This document shows positions 23,213 through 35,812 of a stretch of DNA of 64,000 nt, one piece after another. The translations under genes and the position numbers were made by a program. The notes below the pieces were generated by a model that was given only the letters and a program-made list of their open reading frames with translations, ran no database searches and was not told the origin of the DNA. Every line of letters begins with the position of its first letter. The stretch's first letter is position 1. Source of the DNA: Rhynchopus sp. YZ270_cl-10 (Eukaryota); assembly GCA_964035575.1 (NCBI GenBank), contig OZ037833.1, positions 2,852,001 to 2,916,000 of the forward strand, given 5' to 3'.

Positions 23213-25307
23213 ATGGTGAGAGGTGTGACAGGGATCCCGTACCCCATGATGTACAAGACGTTGGAGCAGCGTCTGCAGGGGAGGGAGTTTCAGGACCTGT
23301 GCATCTACGGGTTTGCTGCGGTGTGTGTGGGGCTGTGGGTGGTCAAGATCATTTGGGGCCGTCTGGCGGGCCTGCACCGCACCTCTGTGAAGGCGGAGTA
23401 CGACTACATTGTTGTGGGGAGCGGAGCAAGCGGCAGTGTCATGGCACACCGCCTTGCGACACGTGGCGACAAGGAGGTCAGCGTGCTGCTGCTGGAGGCA
23501 GGGCAGGACGACTCCTGCCACGACATGACGTACTACGCATCCTACGCGTGGGACCTTGTGGGCACAGCTGTCGACTGGCAGTACAAGGTGACGTCGTCCT
23601 TCTTTGGTGAACGTGACCTGAGCCTCCCCAGCGGAAAGGTCCTTGGAGGAAGCGCCAGCATGAACGAGAACATCTACCTCCGCCCGCCGCAGAAGGAGTT
23701 TGAGAAGCTGGAGAAGCTGGGCCTGAAGAGCTGGTCGTACGCAGACTGCCTGCCGTTCTTCACGAAGTCCGAGAAGAGCATCGTTGACCAGAATGAGTAC
23801 CACGGCACCTCTGGGCCGCTTCCTGTTGGGTTCAGTGCATCGCGCTCTCCTATCGGCCACCTTGCAGCGGATAGTGCACTGGAGTGCGGTCTGCAGAAGA
23901 AGTACGACGTCAACAGCCCGACACCCTCCGTGGGCACGTCCCCAGCACAGGTCATGGTCGACAAGAAGGGTCTGCGCTGCACTCCGGCAACGTCCTTCGT
24001 GCGGCCGATCCTGAAACAGCACAACTTCACTGTGCGCACAGAGGCTTCAGTTACAAAGGTGATCTTCGAGGGCGAAAAGGCTGTCGGTGTGGAGTGGACG
24101 GACAACCTCGGCATGACGAAGACGACCACCTGCAAGGCAGAAGTCATCCTCTGTGCCGGCGCCATCGGCACACCCGCTATCCTCCTTAGGTCTGGTGTGC
24201 AGGAGCGCAATCCCGCCGTCGGGAAGAACCTGCGTGACCTCTGCACAGTGCCGATGATCCACCAGGCACGCCCAGGGGTGTCCTTCGACAGCAACAACAT
24301 CCACACCCTCATGCACACAATGGCGTACAGAATGTCCGGCACCGGGCCCGCGACAAGTCACATCGTGGACAACTGCATGTTCCTCGACAGCAAGGTGCAC
24401 AACGTGAAGGTCTCCTACCCCACCGCAGAGGACAAGAAGAAAAACCCCCCCGCCAAGAAGATGCTCGAGAACTGCAAGTCCGCCACCGCCGACCATTTGG
24501 TGTGCCTCGCCAACCGTGGTGGCTTCCGCAGGAAGGAGTTCGCACAGCGCAAGCAGAGTGTGCAGCTGGGGTGGTTCCAGGAGGGGATTACGTCGCTCAT
24601 TACTGGGGCGCAGCGTGAGGGGCTGACACCGGACGCGACGAAGGGGTCTGTGACATTGGATGACAAGGGTGCACCGGTGATCGACCTGTCGTGCATTGAG
24701 GATGAGAAGACGCTGCAGAAGATGCTGCCGATTGTGCGCATGACGCGTCTCATCACAGCGACAGCACCGCTGCGCAAGCTGCTGACGCAGCGCGAGGCCA
24801 TCGACACAACGCTGCTGAAGGACACTCCCAGCGAGGAGGCGGGCGACATCATCTACGGCAAGGCCGCCGCACGCAGGGTGCGCTTCCCTAAGTCCATCTC
24901 CGCTGCAGAGATCGCGTCTCTCGAGAAGGTGCACGACGAGATGGACACCGACGCCTACCTCATGGACTACATGAAGGCGCATGCGCAGCCCTTCGGTGCG
25001 CCTGTGGGCACGTGCTCGATGGCTCCGCTCAAGGCGGAGGGCAAGGACCTCGACGCCGCAGTCGACGAGAAGACCTTTGTGCTCAAGGGCTCCTCAAACG
25101 TGCGTGTCGTGGACACGTCGATCCTGCCAGTACCCATCATGGTATGTATCCTATTTGTTTTTTGGGTCAAACGAAGTTGTATTTGTGCACTTTACGTTTT
25201 ACCAATCTATTTGTATCAAACAACTCACACTTTCTCAGGCACCCGGTATCGCGATGTCGCTGATGATTGCAGAAAAGGCTGCTGAGCAGATTGTGTACGG
25301 AAAGTAG
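23213..25307 (+). CDS. GMC (glucose-methanol-choline) oxidoreductase-family protein; exons 23213-25141 and 25239-25307
   Basis: YDYIVVGSGASG FAD motif, VLLLEAG, GKVLGGSASMN, VILCAGAIGTP, NVRVVDTSILP; removing intron GTATGT..TCTCAG restores the family ending MIAEKAAEQI; hydrophobic N-terminal segment. Confidence 0.9.
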
Positions 25308-26729
25308 GCTAGTAGGTAGAGTTGTGTTTGTCAGTTTTGTGTTGTATTGTTATCATCAAGTAAAGGAAAACTCTCAATCGAATTGGGGGGGAAAAAAGGA
25401 AAAAGGAAAAAAGCAACAATCCATCATTTTTAGCAATAAGGGGGTCGTGGGACGCAACTGGCCACACCTCACCCCCCCTTCCCCAAAAAACGGTCTCACG
25501 GAATTTTTTTTTGTCGTTTTCAATGAAACAGATGATAGGTTCGCACCATCTGACCCTGACCCATATTGTTTGTGGACCATGTGGCCAAGGCTGAGGGCGT
25601 TCCTGCTCGGATACTTTTTGTGAGGCGTTTTGCACTTTCAGCTTCTCTGTTACAGTTCTCGTATGCCTATTGTTGTGTCTGTGCTTGCGTCTTAAAAGAG
25701 GCGCTAGCACGCACGGCTTTAGATGTACACGAGACCAATACTCTTTTAAATTTTTCTTCATAAGGTGACGAGGGACGGGCTTAGGTTCATCTGATAGACT
25801 TATTTCTTTTTGTTAGAGGTCACAAATACGCACAAAAAGGATTTAAGATCATCTTGTAAACTTACCTACCTGGTTGCAGCAGTGCCACAGCATGTACAGC
25901 AACCCAGAAAAAAAAAGGCTTGCTCGCTGTGTTTTTTTTGTTGCTGCACACAGAACACTTTGTAACCTACCTCACCACATGATCGGTGATGTGTCAAAAG
26001 GTCCATGCCTTCAGAAGGCCACATATTATTGAACCGCATTTCACCCCTAGCCTCGTACCCTATCCACTGAGACTAAATTAATGGCGCGCCGTTGTGAAGT
26101 ATCTTAGCAGAGCTGTGTCCTTTTTGACCAAATGGCGCCGATACTACAAGGCTTGTAACCCCAATCAGGGTGGTTGTTACTGAGGACGGTAATAAGCAAC
26201 TCCGAAGTTGGGGTGTTTTCTTTCACGTATTTTCTTTAGATGTGTGTATGCGTTACGTGAGGAATATATTCAGTTTTCATATTCAACTTTTTTTTTTGAT
26301 AGTGTGTGTTCTGGGTGCAGACATTCGTTCATCTTTTTCAAAAAAAAAAAAAGTTTGTTCGATTTCTGTCATCCCCCCCAACAAAAAAAATAACTGGTTT
26401 TTTTGGATTTATTGGTTTATTTTTAGATGTGCGCAAGAGCACAGTCTTTCAAAGTCTCTAAGGTGAGTTGTTTCGGATCACCTCAACCATTCTCTTTTCT
26501 GCTTGAAAAAAGAGCAAAGCAAAAGAGGACAATTTTTCTTCTGACAAAACAGCGAATTGTCGATACAAAAAAAAAAAACTTTGTGAAATTGTGCTGCGTG
26601 CGCAACCAAATAGAAACGTCTTGATGTTTTAAAGAAACTAAAATCACACGCACCTCCTCTTTTCTTCATTCCCTCCCCCTTTGTCCCCCATCTCCCTCAC
26701 CCAACAGAACCCCACCCTCCTCTCCCCTT

Positions 26730-29024
26730 ATGTCCGTCCTTTCAAAGGACATCATAGTGGGTGATGACCCTGTTGCTGTTGACAGCGCAACAAGCGTCAT
26801 TATGTGCGAATCTTTGAAGGATATACGCGACTTGGATGAGTCGCAGGAGGAAGCTGCGCGGGCAACGTTAGTCGTGTTTGATGCGTGTTTGGCGGAGGAG
26901 GTGCAGCTCATGCTTCTGGAGAGCGCTGTGAAGAACGGACATTGGTTTGTTCTGACGCCTGCGGCAGGCTTCGACTTCATCAGGCAGGCCTCGCTCAAGG
27001 TGCTGCCGCGCTCTGTGTTCCACTGCCACGAAGCCTTCCGTCTCTTCTACGTCACCTCCGCTGTCGACACCGAGGCGCTCCTCCAGCTGCCCACCCTCTT
27101 CCGCTCCGGTGTGATCCACGTCCAGGCACCGTTGGTAAGGGAGCTGGACGCCCGCAGGCTCTGCCGTGCTGTCGAAAACGCGAATGAATACGAGGTGAGC
27201 CTCCACCGCAGTGCAGTCCGGTATCTGACCTGGCACGACCAGATAGCGCTGTGCAGACGTTGTCGGGATGAAACCTCGTTTCTTGCGATTCTTGAATTTG
27301 CGGATGTGTCAGCGGTGGACTCAGAAGGGTTCAGCATGCTTGACGTTGCGCTTGACAAACGCTACCAAAAAGCGACGCAAAAGATATGCGACCTGGGCGG
27401 CAAATCTGACCTCGTCGACCTACCACAGCTTTCAGGTCCAGAGACACAGCACCTCCTGGAGACGATTGTCAACTCCGAGAACGTCCCTTTCGATGAAGTC
27501 GCCGCAACACACGTTGCGGCAACCATCGGTGACAGGGAGGTGCTCAAGGCGCTGTTCAACGCACGTCTTGACAAATCCTTTGCATATTCAGACTACCCCT
27601 TGGCCACCGTCATCCTCCAAGGAGATGCAGACATAACACAGCTTATCATCGATCGAATGGAATGTGTAGGCCTGCCGCCGTTCCGCTCTGCAGAGATATC
27701 ACTCTACTTCCTGCTAGAGGTGCTCGAAGGGGAGATCATCCATGAAGGTGAAAAAACCCAGGTCCTCCCGCCAACCGACTTCCAAAACGTTCTGCAGCGC
27801 TTCTGCCAATGCATCATCGAAGAAGGTGCGCTCCCTTACGTGGTCTCCCGCAGAGCGATCGAGGTGGCGATGGCGGCGTGTCCAAGCATAGTTGACCAGC
27901 TTTTAAACATAGCGGACGTCACGAAAGACCCTTTCTTGATGATGGACCTGTACCTGGAACGTTTGCCACAGCACCCCATGGCGTTGGAGTGTTTGAAGGC
28001 GTTTATGATGCTGATCTCTCCTGAGGGCACCGAACGGAGGGAGCTTGCAAAGCGCATCATCTACAGAGGGCCTGAGGCGCTGGAGCTTCTCCCAGAGGCG
28101 CTGAAGTTTATTTCGAACAAAGACTGTCTCCTTGATGCGCAGGTCACTGACGGTGACGACGTTGTAGGTGAGAAGGAGGACAGCAGTGGTGGTACCTGCG
28201 TGGGGCGTACCTTCCTGATGCTTGCCTGTGCGTACCCAGGCTACCCTGCTGCGGTGGAAGTGTTGCTCCAAGAAGGGTGCAATCCAAACGTCAAAAACGA
28301 GGTCGGGCTGAACATCATCCAGCAGATGGTCGTGTCCGTCACGAACAACCCCTTAAAGCATAAAGAGCGCCTCAACGTCTACGGAGAGATCTTCAGGCTG
28401 TTGGTGGAGCGTGGTGTGGAGACGTCGGTGCAGGGGTTGAAGGACTTTGGTGTGTCTACATTGCTGGCCTGCGCAGAGAGGTTGCATCTGGCGCCAATGT
28501 GTTACCACCTGCTGCCACAGGATGTGACCGCAGTGCGTGAGATGTTTTTTACTTGGCCGTTGAACCTCCGTTGTGGCATTGTGAACTACCATCTGGAGAC
28601 ACGTGGTGCGAGCAGTACGTTGCCAGACAATGAGGCAAAGACTGCGCATGGGTGCGCTGTGGAGGACCTCGTGGAGGTGCCGTGGTTGCCACGCAGACCG
28701 GAGCAGACGTGCAGCACACTGTGTCCGCTGTCGACGCAGACACTGAACCACATCCTGCGCTTCATGGACGGACACACGCTGTTGAAGTTCTCGCGCACCA
28801 CACCCTACCACTACGGCCTGACGTGCCGCTCTGCCTTCTACATGGACCAAGAGGAGATTCTCAAGCGCGGCGGTGGTGAAGCCTTCTGCTGCCCGTCGCC
28901 AGTCTTCTCAGGGCGTGCCCTCTTCGTCCAGCTCGCCTCCGGAGTCTCTGAGCATCACTGGGTGGAGGCAGACGACGGCGGGTACGTCTGCTTCTTTACT
29001 GGGGAGACTATGACGCAAAGCTAG
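26730..29024 (+). CDS. Ankyrin-repeat protein with a dynein AAA6-like N-terminal segment and a C-terminal F-box-like motif
   Basis: Ankyrin-like GRTFLMLAC...AVEVLLQEGCNPNVKNEVG; LESAVKNGHWFVL...HEAFRLFYVTS; LCPLSTQTLNHILRFMDGHTLLKFSRT. Confidence 0.65.
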   Translation: MSVLSKDIIVGDDPVAVDSATSVIMCESLKDIRDLDESQEEAARATLVVFDACLAEEVQLMLLESAVKNGHWFVLTPAAGFDFIRQASLKVLPRSVFHCHEAFRLFYVTSAVDTEALLQLPTLFRSGVIHVQAPLVRELDARRLCRAVENANEYEVSLHRSAVRYLTWHDQIALCRRCRDETSFLAILEFADVSAVDSEGFSMLDVALDKRYQKATQKICDLGGKSDLVDLPQLSGPETQHLLETIVNSENVPFDEVAATHVAATIGDREVLKALFNARLDKSFAYSDYPLATVILQGDADITQLIIDRMECVGLPPFRSAEISLYFLLEVLEGEIIHEGEKTQVLPPTDFQNVLQRFCQCIIEEGALPYVVSRRAIEVAMAACPSIVDQLLNIADVTKDPFLMMDLYLERLPQHPMALECLKAFMMLISPEGTERRELAKRIIYRGPEALELLPEALKFISNKDCLLDAQVTDGDDVVGEKEDSSGGTCVGRTFLMLACAYPGYPAAVEVLLQEGCNPNVKNEVGLNIIQQMVVSVTNNPLKHKERLNVYGEIFRLLVERGVETSVQGLKDFGVSTLLACAERLHLAPMCYHLLPQDVTAVREMFFTWPLNLRCGIVNYHLETRGASSTLPDNEAKTAHGCAVEDLVEVPWLPRRPEQTCSTLCPLSTQTLNHILRFMDGHTLLKFSRTTPYHYGLTCRSAFYMDQEEILKRGGGEAFCCPSPVFSGRALFVQLASGVSEHHWVEADDGGYVCFFTGETMTQS

Positions 29025-29301
29025 CTTTTTAACCAATTACTTTAACCCTTCGAGAAAAGGTTTGCACTTTCCAGAGCAAAGAGCATTTTCTCTGTTTTTT
29101 TGTTGAGATGTGAGCGTGTCCGCGAGGTCCGTTGCACCATTTCACAGTTGCGTTTTCTCTTTCGTATTTTCGCTAAAAAAATTAAGTTATTAGAAACCAC
29201 ATTGATCCGCACTTTTCTTTCTCTCCCTCACGCTTTGTCTTTCTCACCCTCCACCTCCATGCTCCATGCACACACCAAAGGAAACAAAAGCCAAAGCCAC
29301 C

Positions 29302-32300
29302 ATGAGCTACAGCGGGTACCGCCACCCCAGTCCAGAGCGTTGTGAGCGACAATGGAGTGGTGCGCCGTACGGTGTGCGGGAGGCGATTGACACGAACCCG
29401 CGTGTGAGCCCGCCGCCTAGGAGGCCTATTGACGGGTCTGCCCCGTACGAGACGTATGCCAGCACACCGGGCACTGCGTCGCCGTATGCGTACAGCACGG
29501 ACTACGGCACGCCTGGGCGTGACGCACAGCCCACTTACATACCGTCGCCGCGTACGCCTGTGAGCTACCAGCACGTAGGAGGAGGAGGAGGTGGTGGTGG
29601 TGTAGGTGTTGGCTCCCCCCACTCGCCCCTGGCCGAGCGCCTCGCAGTGTCGACGCACTCAAAGGTGCAGGAGGTCGAGAAGATGAAGTCGCGCACAGAG
29701 CAGCTGCGCCGCGAGACAGCGACCCTCCGCCGCACCCTCGCAAACTACTCACCCGAGCAGCAGCAGGTGGCCAGGCCGCAGCCAACGTCGCCCCGAGAGT
29801 ATGGCAGCATAGGAGGGTTGGGTGGTGGAGTGTCAAAGACGAATAATGAAGCCATCGGCAAGCTCACGTCGCTCGTGACGGAGCTGAGGAGGCAGCTGGA
29901 CCAGGCGCGCAGTGAGTCCTGCGTCGACGAGCTGCGGCGTTCGCAAGAAAAGGCAAAGTCGCTTGAGCTCGAGCTCGAGCTTTCCCGCCTTGCACAGCCG
30001 AGCAAGCCCGAGGAGCTGCTTGTGGCGCAGCAGACCGTGAAGGCACAGTCCTCGTCGCTTGAGCAGATGCGCCTTCTGTGCAACGCACAGCAGGAGAAGA
30101 TAGACTCGCTTGCGAACCAGGAGTCTCGTATCAGTAAGTCCACGTTTGAAGTGGAGGATCTGAATTTCCGCTTGCGTGAGGCCACTTCGTCGGTTGCTGC
30201 GCACGAAGGGAGGGAGTCGGCCCTCAGGGCGGAGCTGGAGAGCGTACGCCGTGCCATGGACCACCAGAACGAACTGGTGTCTGCCCTCAAGGCCGAGAAC
30301 GTGCTCCTCCGCAACAAGGTCGAGAACTCCCCCCCTCGCACGCCCCCCGTATCGACGTACCACTCGCAGGTGTCGCACGCCCAGCCCGAGAGGGAAGCCT
30401 CGCCCCCCTCATCGCAGGTGTCCCAGGCTCCTGTGAACATGCCGTCGCAGGTGTCCCAGGCACACTCACATGTGTCCCAACCTGTGTCCACTGCGTCACA
30501 CATCGCACCCCAGGTCTCGCAGACAAGCTTGCCACAGCAGCAGCCTCCGTCCCACCACGCGACTCCTGCATCCCAACCGTCCCATGTGTCGCACCCCACT
30601 CCACAGGCCTCGGAGCACATGTCGCATTCGCAACCTCCATCGCAGCACGCAACTCCCGCATCCCAGCCTCTGCCGCATCAGTCGCAACCGTACACGCAAG
30701 CCTCGCATGTATCAGATGTGCCTCACTCGCAGCCCCCATCGCATGCGTCTCATCATTCTACACAACCTGATATCCCACAGCCATCAGAGCACGTGCCTCA
30801 CTCGCAGCCTCCGTCCCACCATGCAACTCCTGCATCCCAGCCTCTGTCCCACGTGTCGCAACCGGACCTCCCACAGGCCTCGGAGCACCTGTCACATGTG
30901 TCAGCTGTGCCTCACTCGCAGCCCCCATCGCACGCGTCTCATCATTCGACACAACCTGATGTCCCACAGCCATCAGAGCACGTGCCACGTGTATCCCATG
31001 TGTCTCACTCGCAGCCTCCTTCCCACCATGCAACTCCTGCATCCCAGCCTCTGTCCCATGTGTCGCAACCAGACGTCCCACAGGCCTCGGAGCACATGTC
31101 ACATGTGTCGCAACCTCCATCACAGCACGCAACCCCTGCATCCCAGCCTCTGTCGCACGTGTCGCATCACTCCACACAACCGGACACCCCACATGCGTCA
31201 GAGCATGCGTCGCACGCACCTAGCGCCTCGCAACAGGTGTCGGAACGCCCTGCCTCTGTACCAGACGCGAGCCAGTTTGCACCTTCCAATCCCTGTATGT
31301 CACACCACACCACATCTTTGTACTCTCTCTCTCTCTCTACTCTCTACCTTTCTTACAGCCTCTATCGCATCGCAGCCAGGCAACCCGCCCAGCAGCGCGA
31401 AGCCGCCGACACCACAAAACTCCTCTATTGGCGAGTACAAGGTCACTGCTGACGACAGTCGTATGTCACACAAAACACAAGACAACTCTTAACACACTCA
31501 CCCTCAGACATCGTCGTGCCTGCAGGACTTTCGTTCGGGTGGTTCAAGCCTCCACCTGGGTACCCTCAGCCACCTGCCAGCATCAAGCCTGAGGTCATGA
31601 AGAACAAGGACGCTAAAGCGGTTGAGTCTGAAGCTCTGCCTGAACCCGAGGAGATTGTTGCGATGCCTGACGTGGATGACAACGCTTATGAGGAGCCGAG
31701 TGAGGACCTGCGGCCGAAGGAGCCTATCCTGCGTAAGGAGGCAGACGCACAGCCAAGCACACCTTCAGAGACAAAGGAAAAGGAGTACGTGGTCACGGCA
31801 GACGACTCTAGTATGTCCTTTTTTTTTTACAACTTTTTCTTAACAGTGACTTAACACGAGCGAGGTTTGTCACGCACAGCAGCTGATGCTGTGCGATAAC
31901 GAATATGATAAGGTGACTAAGCACGAGAGGCTTAGGATCATCTTATAAACTTTTCTTTTCATCTCCTGGCGAGCCACATGACTCATTTTGATTCCCTTTC
32001 ACCGCAAAAATGTAAAAACATTTTCCCTACACAAACCCATAACCCACCCCATTCAACCTTTTCACCCCCTCAGACATCGTCGTGCCTGCAGGACTTTCGT
32101 TCGGGTGGTTCAAGCCTCCACCTGGGTACCCTCAGCCACCTGCCAGCATCAAGCCTGAGGTCATGAAGAACAAAGATGCCAAAACGGTTGAGTCTGAAGC
32201 TCTGCCCGAACCCGAGGAGATTGTTGCGATGCCTGACGTGGATGACAACGCTTATGAGGAGCCGAGTGAGGACCTGCGGCCGAAGGAGCCTATCCTGCGA

Positions 32301-32957
32301 GAGGAGAGGGACAGCTCGCCTGACAGCTTTGCGGACTCTGCGTGCGTGACGCCACCGCAGCGCACTGTGCTTGGTGAGGAGCACAGCCCTGCGGAGAAGG
32401 TCCTGGTCGACAACCTCCACATCACCTGCGAGTTCAGCGACGGCATCGAGACCGACCGCAGCATGAGCGCCACAAGCTTCTACCACCACCACAGCCAGCA
32501 GAGACAGGCACGTCTGCAGCCTATCTTCCACGTTGCAGCGATGATTGGTGAAGGTGGTGGCCCGCACATGCTCCCTGGGCTGATGTCCTTGGTGCATGCC
32601 GCGCCTGCACCCATGGACTCCCATGCACAGGACGACATGACGGACCTCGACGACAGCCCGCAGCGTGGCTTCTACCCCAGCCAGAACGAGGCGCCCCTTG
32701 CCCTCAGCCTTCCTGCAGACCTGCACGAAGAGCTTAAGTCGCGCATCAACGCAGAGGAGGTGTCCCTAGGCGACGGCCTCAAGATCCTCCACGTCTCCTC
32801 CCCGCGCTCCAAGATGGAGGGCCTAGACATCCTCGAGTCCGCAGGGCACCAGGTCAAACCCTCTCATCACCTCGGTCTAGAAATGCTTGTTCTCGCCTCG
32901 CCTCGTAGGTCAGAGAGCCCTGGGTTAGACGCTCTCGTGCAAGCTGCAAGCATGTAG
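29302..32957 (+). CDS. Coiled-coil plus S/H/Q/P-repeat protein of unknown function; exons 29302-31294, 31359-31460, 31508-31810, 32074-32957
   Basis: Three phase-1 GTATGT...CAG introns join several track ORFs into one frame; coiled coil at about 29660-30320, low-complexity repeats at about 30360-31230. Confidence 0.8.
31879..31959 (+). mobile_element. Intronic copy of the LINE 3' end
   Basis: GCTGTGCGATAACGAATATGATAAGGTGACT.AGCACGAGAGGCTTAGGATCATCTTATAAACTTTTCTTT is almost identical to about 55550-55621. Confidence 0.85.
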
Positions 32958-33779
32958 GAAAAGTAGAGAAGTTTTTGTTCATTTTAAAAAACGTCACATT
33001 CCAAGCAAATGTAGAAATCGGAGAATTTTTTGAAGCAAGTAAAATTGTGTGATTTTCCGTATTTTTGTTCAAAAAAAAAGAGATTTTTTTTTTTTTTTTG
33101 CTTCGTTTTCATTTTGTGTATTCGTAGCATTCCCTCGAAGTGTTAGGTTCGGGAACGATGGCACCAAGTCTCACCCGAGAAAAGCTCGTTGTTATTATTA
33201 AGTGGTGTCGGATGTATTGACGACACTTTCAGTTTTCATGTTGTATTATTTTGTTGATGTTTCCTAAATTGCTGTTTCCGCCCTGCAAAGCGTAGTGTGA
33301 GAGGAGAGGGACTGCCAACAGGAATGCTCTCTCCAGGAGACCGTTTTGTGTCTTGACGTCTCACAATGCTATGCTTTGCTGGGCAACTAGATTACACCCT
33401 CCTGTGCGCCCTTCAGAGTCTTTTTCTTCTTTCTGTTTGTGTGCCCTTATTTTATTTCCATTTTCAGTACTTTTTTTAGTTTTCTATTGTTACTGGCGTT
33501 GACGGTGTCTGTGTCTTCTCCATCGTATTTTGCTTTTGGTAACGGGACCCTCTGTGTGGGTCTGAGTAACTGAAAAAAGAGGGAAAACTAAAAAAAACTG
33601 GCGGTTTCGGAACTGCAGTTGTGGGTGATGTACATTAAAGAAAAACGTCTATTTCATTGCACGCACTCTCACTCTCTCACGTGACCCTTCCGGAACGTTT
33701 CGCCTTCATTCCTCTACCTGAATATCCTCCCTACAGAAAATGCTTTGATAAACGTCACGTTTGTCACCTACACAACAGC

Positions 33780-35672
33780 ATGCTCACCATTAGAGAGGTG
33801 TTGCGTGGGGTGCGCGCAGAGACACTGCGTGCAGCACGCCGCACCGTCATCCTGGGGCAGGACGAAGAAGAGTACAACACATACGTGAAGGGGACGCCGA
33901 AGTACGCTGATGTATGTTCTCACCCTTTTTTCCCGGTGTATGGATGCAGGACTGTATGCTTCCGGGGCGGACCAGTTGGGGTCCACCCCGGAAGTGCTGG
34001 TCATACCAAGTTACACTGTCACGACGGGGCTGTTGTATTTCAAGCCAAGTTTTTTTAGCTGTTTGATGGGGGGTCCCAGCCACGGTGAATCCGGGCGAAA
34101 TCGGGTGAAATCGGGCAAACACAGGTTTTTTTGGCTTCTGGGGGGAGGATTAGCTGAGTTTGTTTGATGCTTGCTGTGTCACCCAAGCAAAGACTCGATA
34201 ACAACTTTCCTTTTCTTGGTGGACGGGCCTGCTTCGCCGGCGGCGGCGGCGGCACCCCTGGCTGTGTGGCGGTAGCAACTAGAGGGGGTGTGTCCCCTGC
34301 GCGAAGGATGTTCACGGGCTCCAACTTCTTGACGTCTGCGCTGATCTCCTCCTTCTGCTTATCGGTGTCCCGAGTCCGCTTCGCAGAGACATTGGCGAAA
34401 AGTACTGTGCCTGGCATCCGGCACAGGGGTGTGGTGCCCCCTGCCTGTGTGGATGCATACCATATAGCTTCACGGTTCCTCTGCGGTCTGTTTCATCATG
34501 GAGCGACACCTCCCCGCCCACGAACCCCAACCCAAAAAAAAGGAATTTTTCAAATCCGGGTGAAATCGGGCTCAGGTGCCCTGGGGGGCTGGGGGGCTGG
34601 TCCCGGGACACCACATTTGAGTTATGCTGCATCACCCCCGCCATATGTCTTCCTTTAACAGAGCAAGCGAATGCAGATGCAGCGTCAGGGTCTTCGTGAG
34701 ACCGGAACCGACTTCACTGAGTTCACACACGAAAAGGAGGAGTATGTGCCCCTTCTCTTCCTCCTCCCCTCCCCTCCCCTTCGCCTTCAGCACAACCCAC
34801 CCCTATCCCACCTCACCACGCACAGCTTCGTGAACGCAGAGTTCTACCAGTCCTCGAAGGCACACGTAAGGGAGATGCACAACATGGCGTCGGACAGGGG
34901 CATCCCTGCACCACGAATGCAGAGCAAGCGCGAGACCGCACAGAAGACCACAGAGAAGATCGGGACGGAGATCATCCTGGAGCGCTACGAGCGTGGGCAG
35001 GTGACTGGGTGGCAGGACGAGGGTTGGGGGAAGACACGCCAGATCCGTGGCGTGCAACGCAGCAACAGCTTGGGACTCTACCGAAGCTTCTGGCGCGTCC
35101 TTCGGAAGTACCCCAAGGAAGCGCAGCCACGTCTTGCGAAGATCCTGCGCTCCAACTTCAAGAGAAACGCGCACACAAAAAACGCACACAAGCGGAACGG
35201 GTTGGTCCGACTGGGACGGAAGATGCTTCTGAAGTACATTGACCAGTTGCGCAACTTTGAGTTGAAGCGGCAGAGCCACGACCCTGTGGAGCGCTTCCTC
35301 ATCATGTACGCGGCGGAGAAGGAGCGGAGCATCGAAAACCTTGACTTTTACCCTTACACGAAGAACCCACAAGAGATGAAGCCTGTGAAGGACATTGGGT
35401 TCCATATGGTGTACAAGGAGTTCAAGCCGATGGGGTCGCCTGCGTGGTACTACAGCACGGCAGGGATGGGGCGCCACGTTCTGCGGCAGAGAGCGCACAA
35501 GAGACGACTCCCGAAGATCAACTCCCTCAGGAAGGACCGTGGTACCATGCAGGCCCGTGTGGGGCACCTGGGCAAGATGGACCAGATCGTGAAGCGACAC
35601 CAATTCTTCAACAAGGCGCACAGAGCGGGACGACGCTTCCTCGGGTTGACTGGTGTCCAGGAGCACACATAG
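33780..35672 (+). CDS. LYR-motif protein, probably mitochondrial; exons 33780-33911, 34662-34741, 34826-35672
   Basis: GT-AG introns keep the frame; LYRSFWRVLRKYP...LRSNFKRN fits the Complex1_LYR pattern; Arg-rich N-terminus MLTIREVLRGVRAETLRAARR. Confidence 0.7.
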
Positions 35673-35812
35673 AGCACGAACTAAGTGTTAATGCACTTCG
35701 GGACAGAGGGCTAACAGCCAAAAGAAAGGGGGGGTTCTTTAGTGCACTAACAACCATGTTTTATTAATAGGACTGTTTCACCACCACCACAGGACTTACA
35801 AAAGACACCACC

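Noticed and set aside
34055..34625. TIR element or minus-strand ORF inside intron 1 of the LYR gene
   Set aside because: Internal repeats (CGGGTGAAATCGGGC) suggest a repeat element, but I could not define termini, a TSD or a credible protein.
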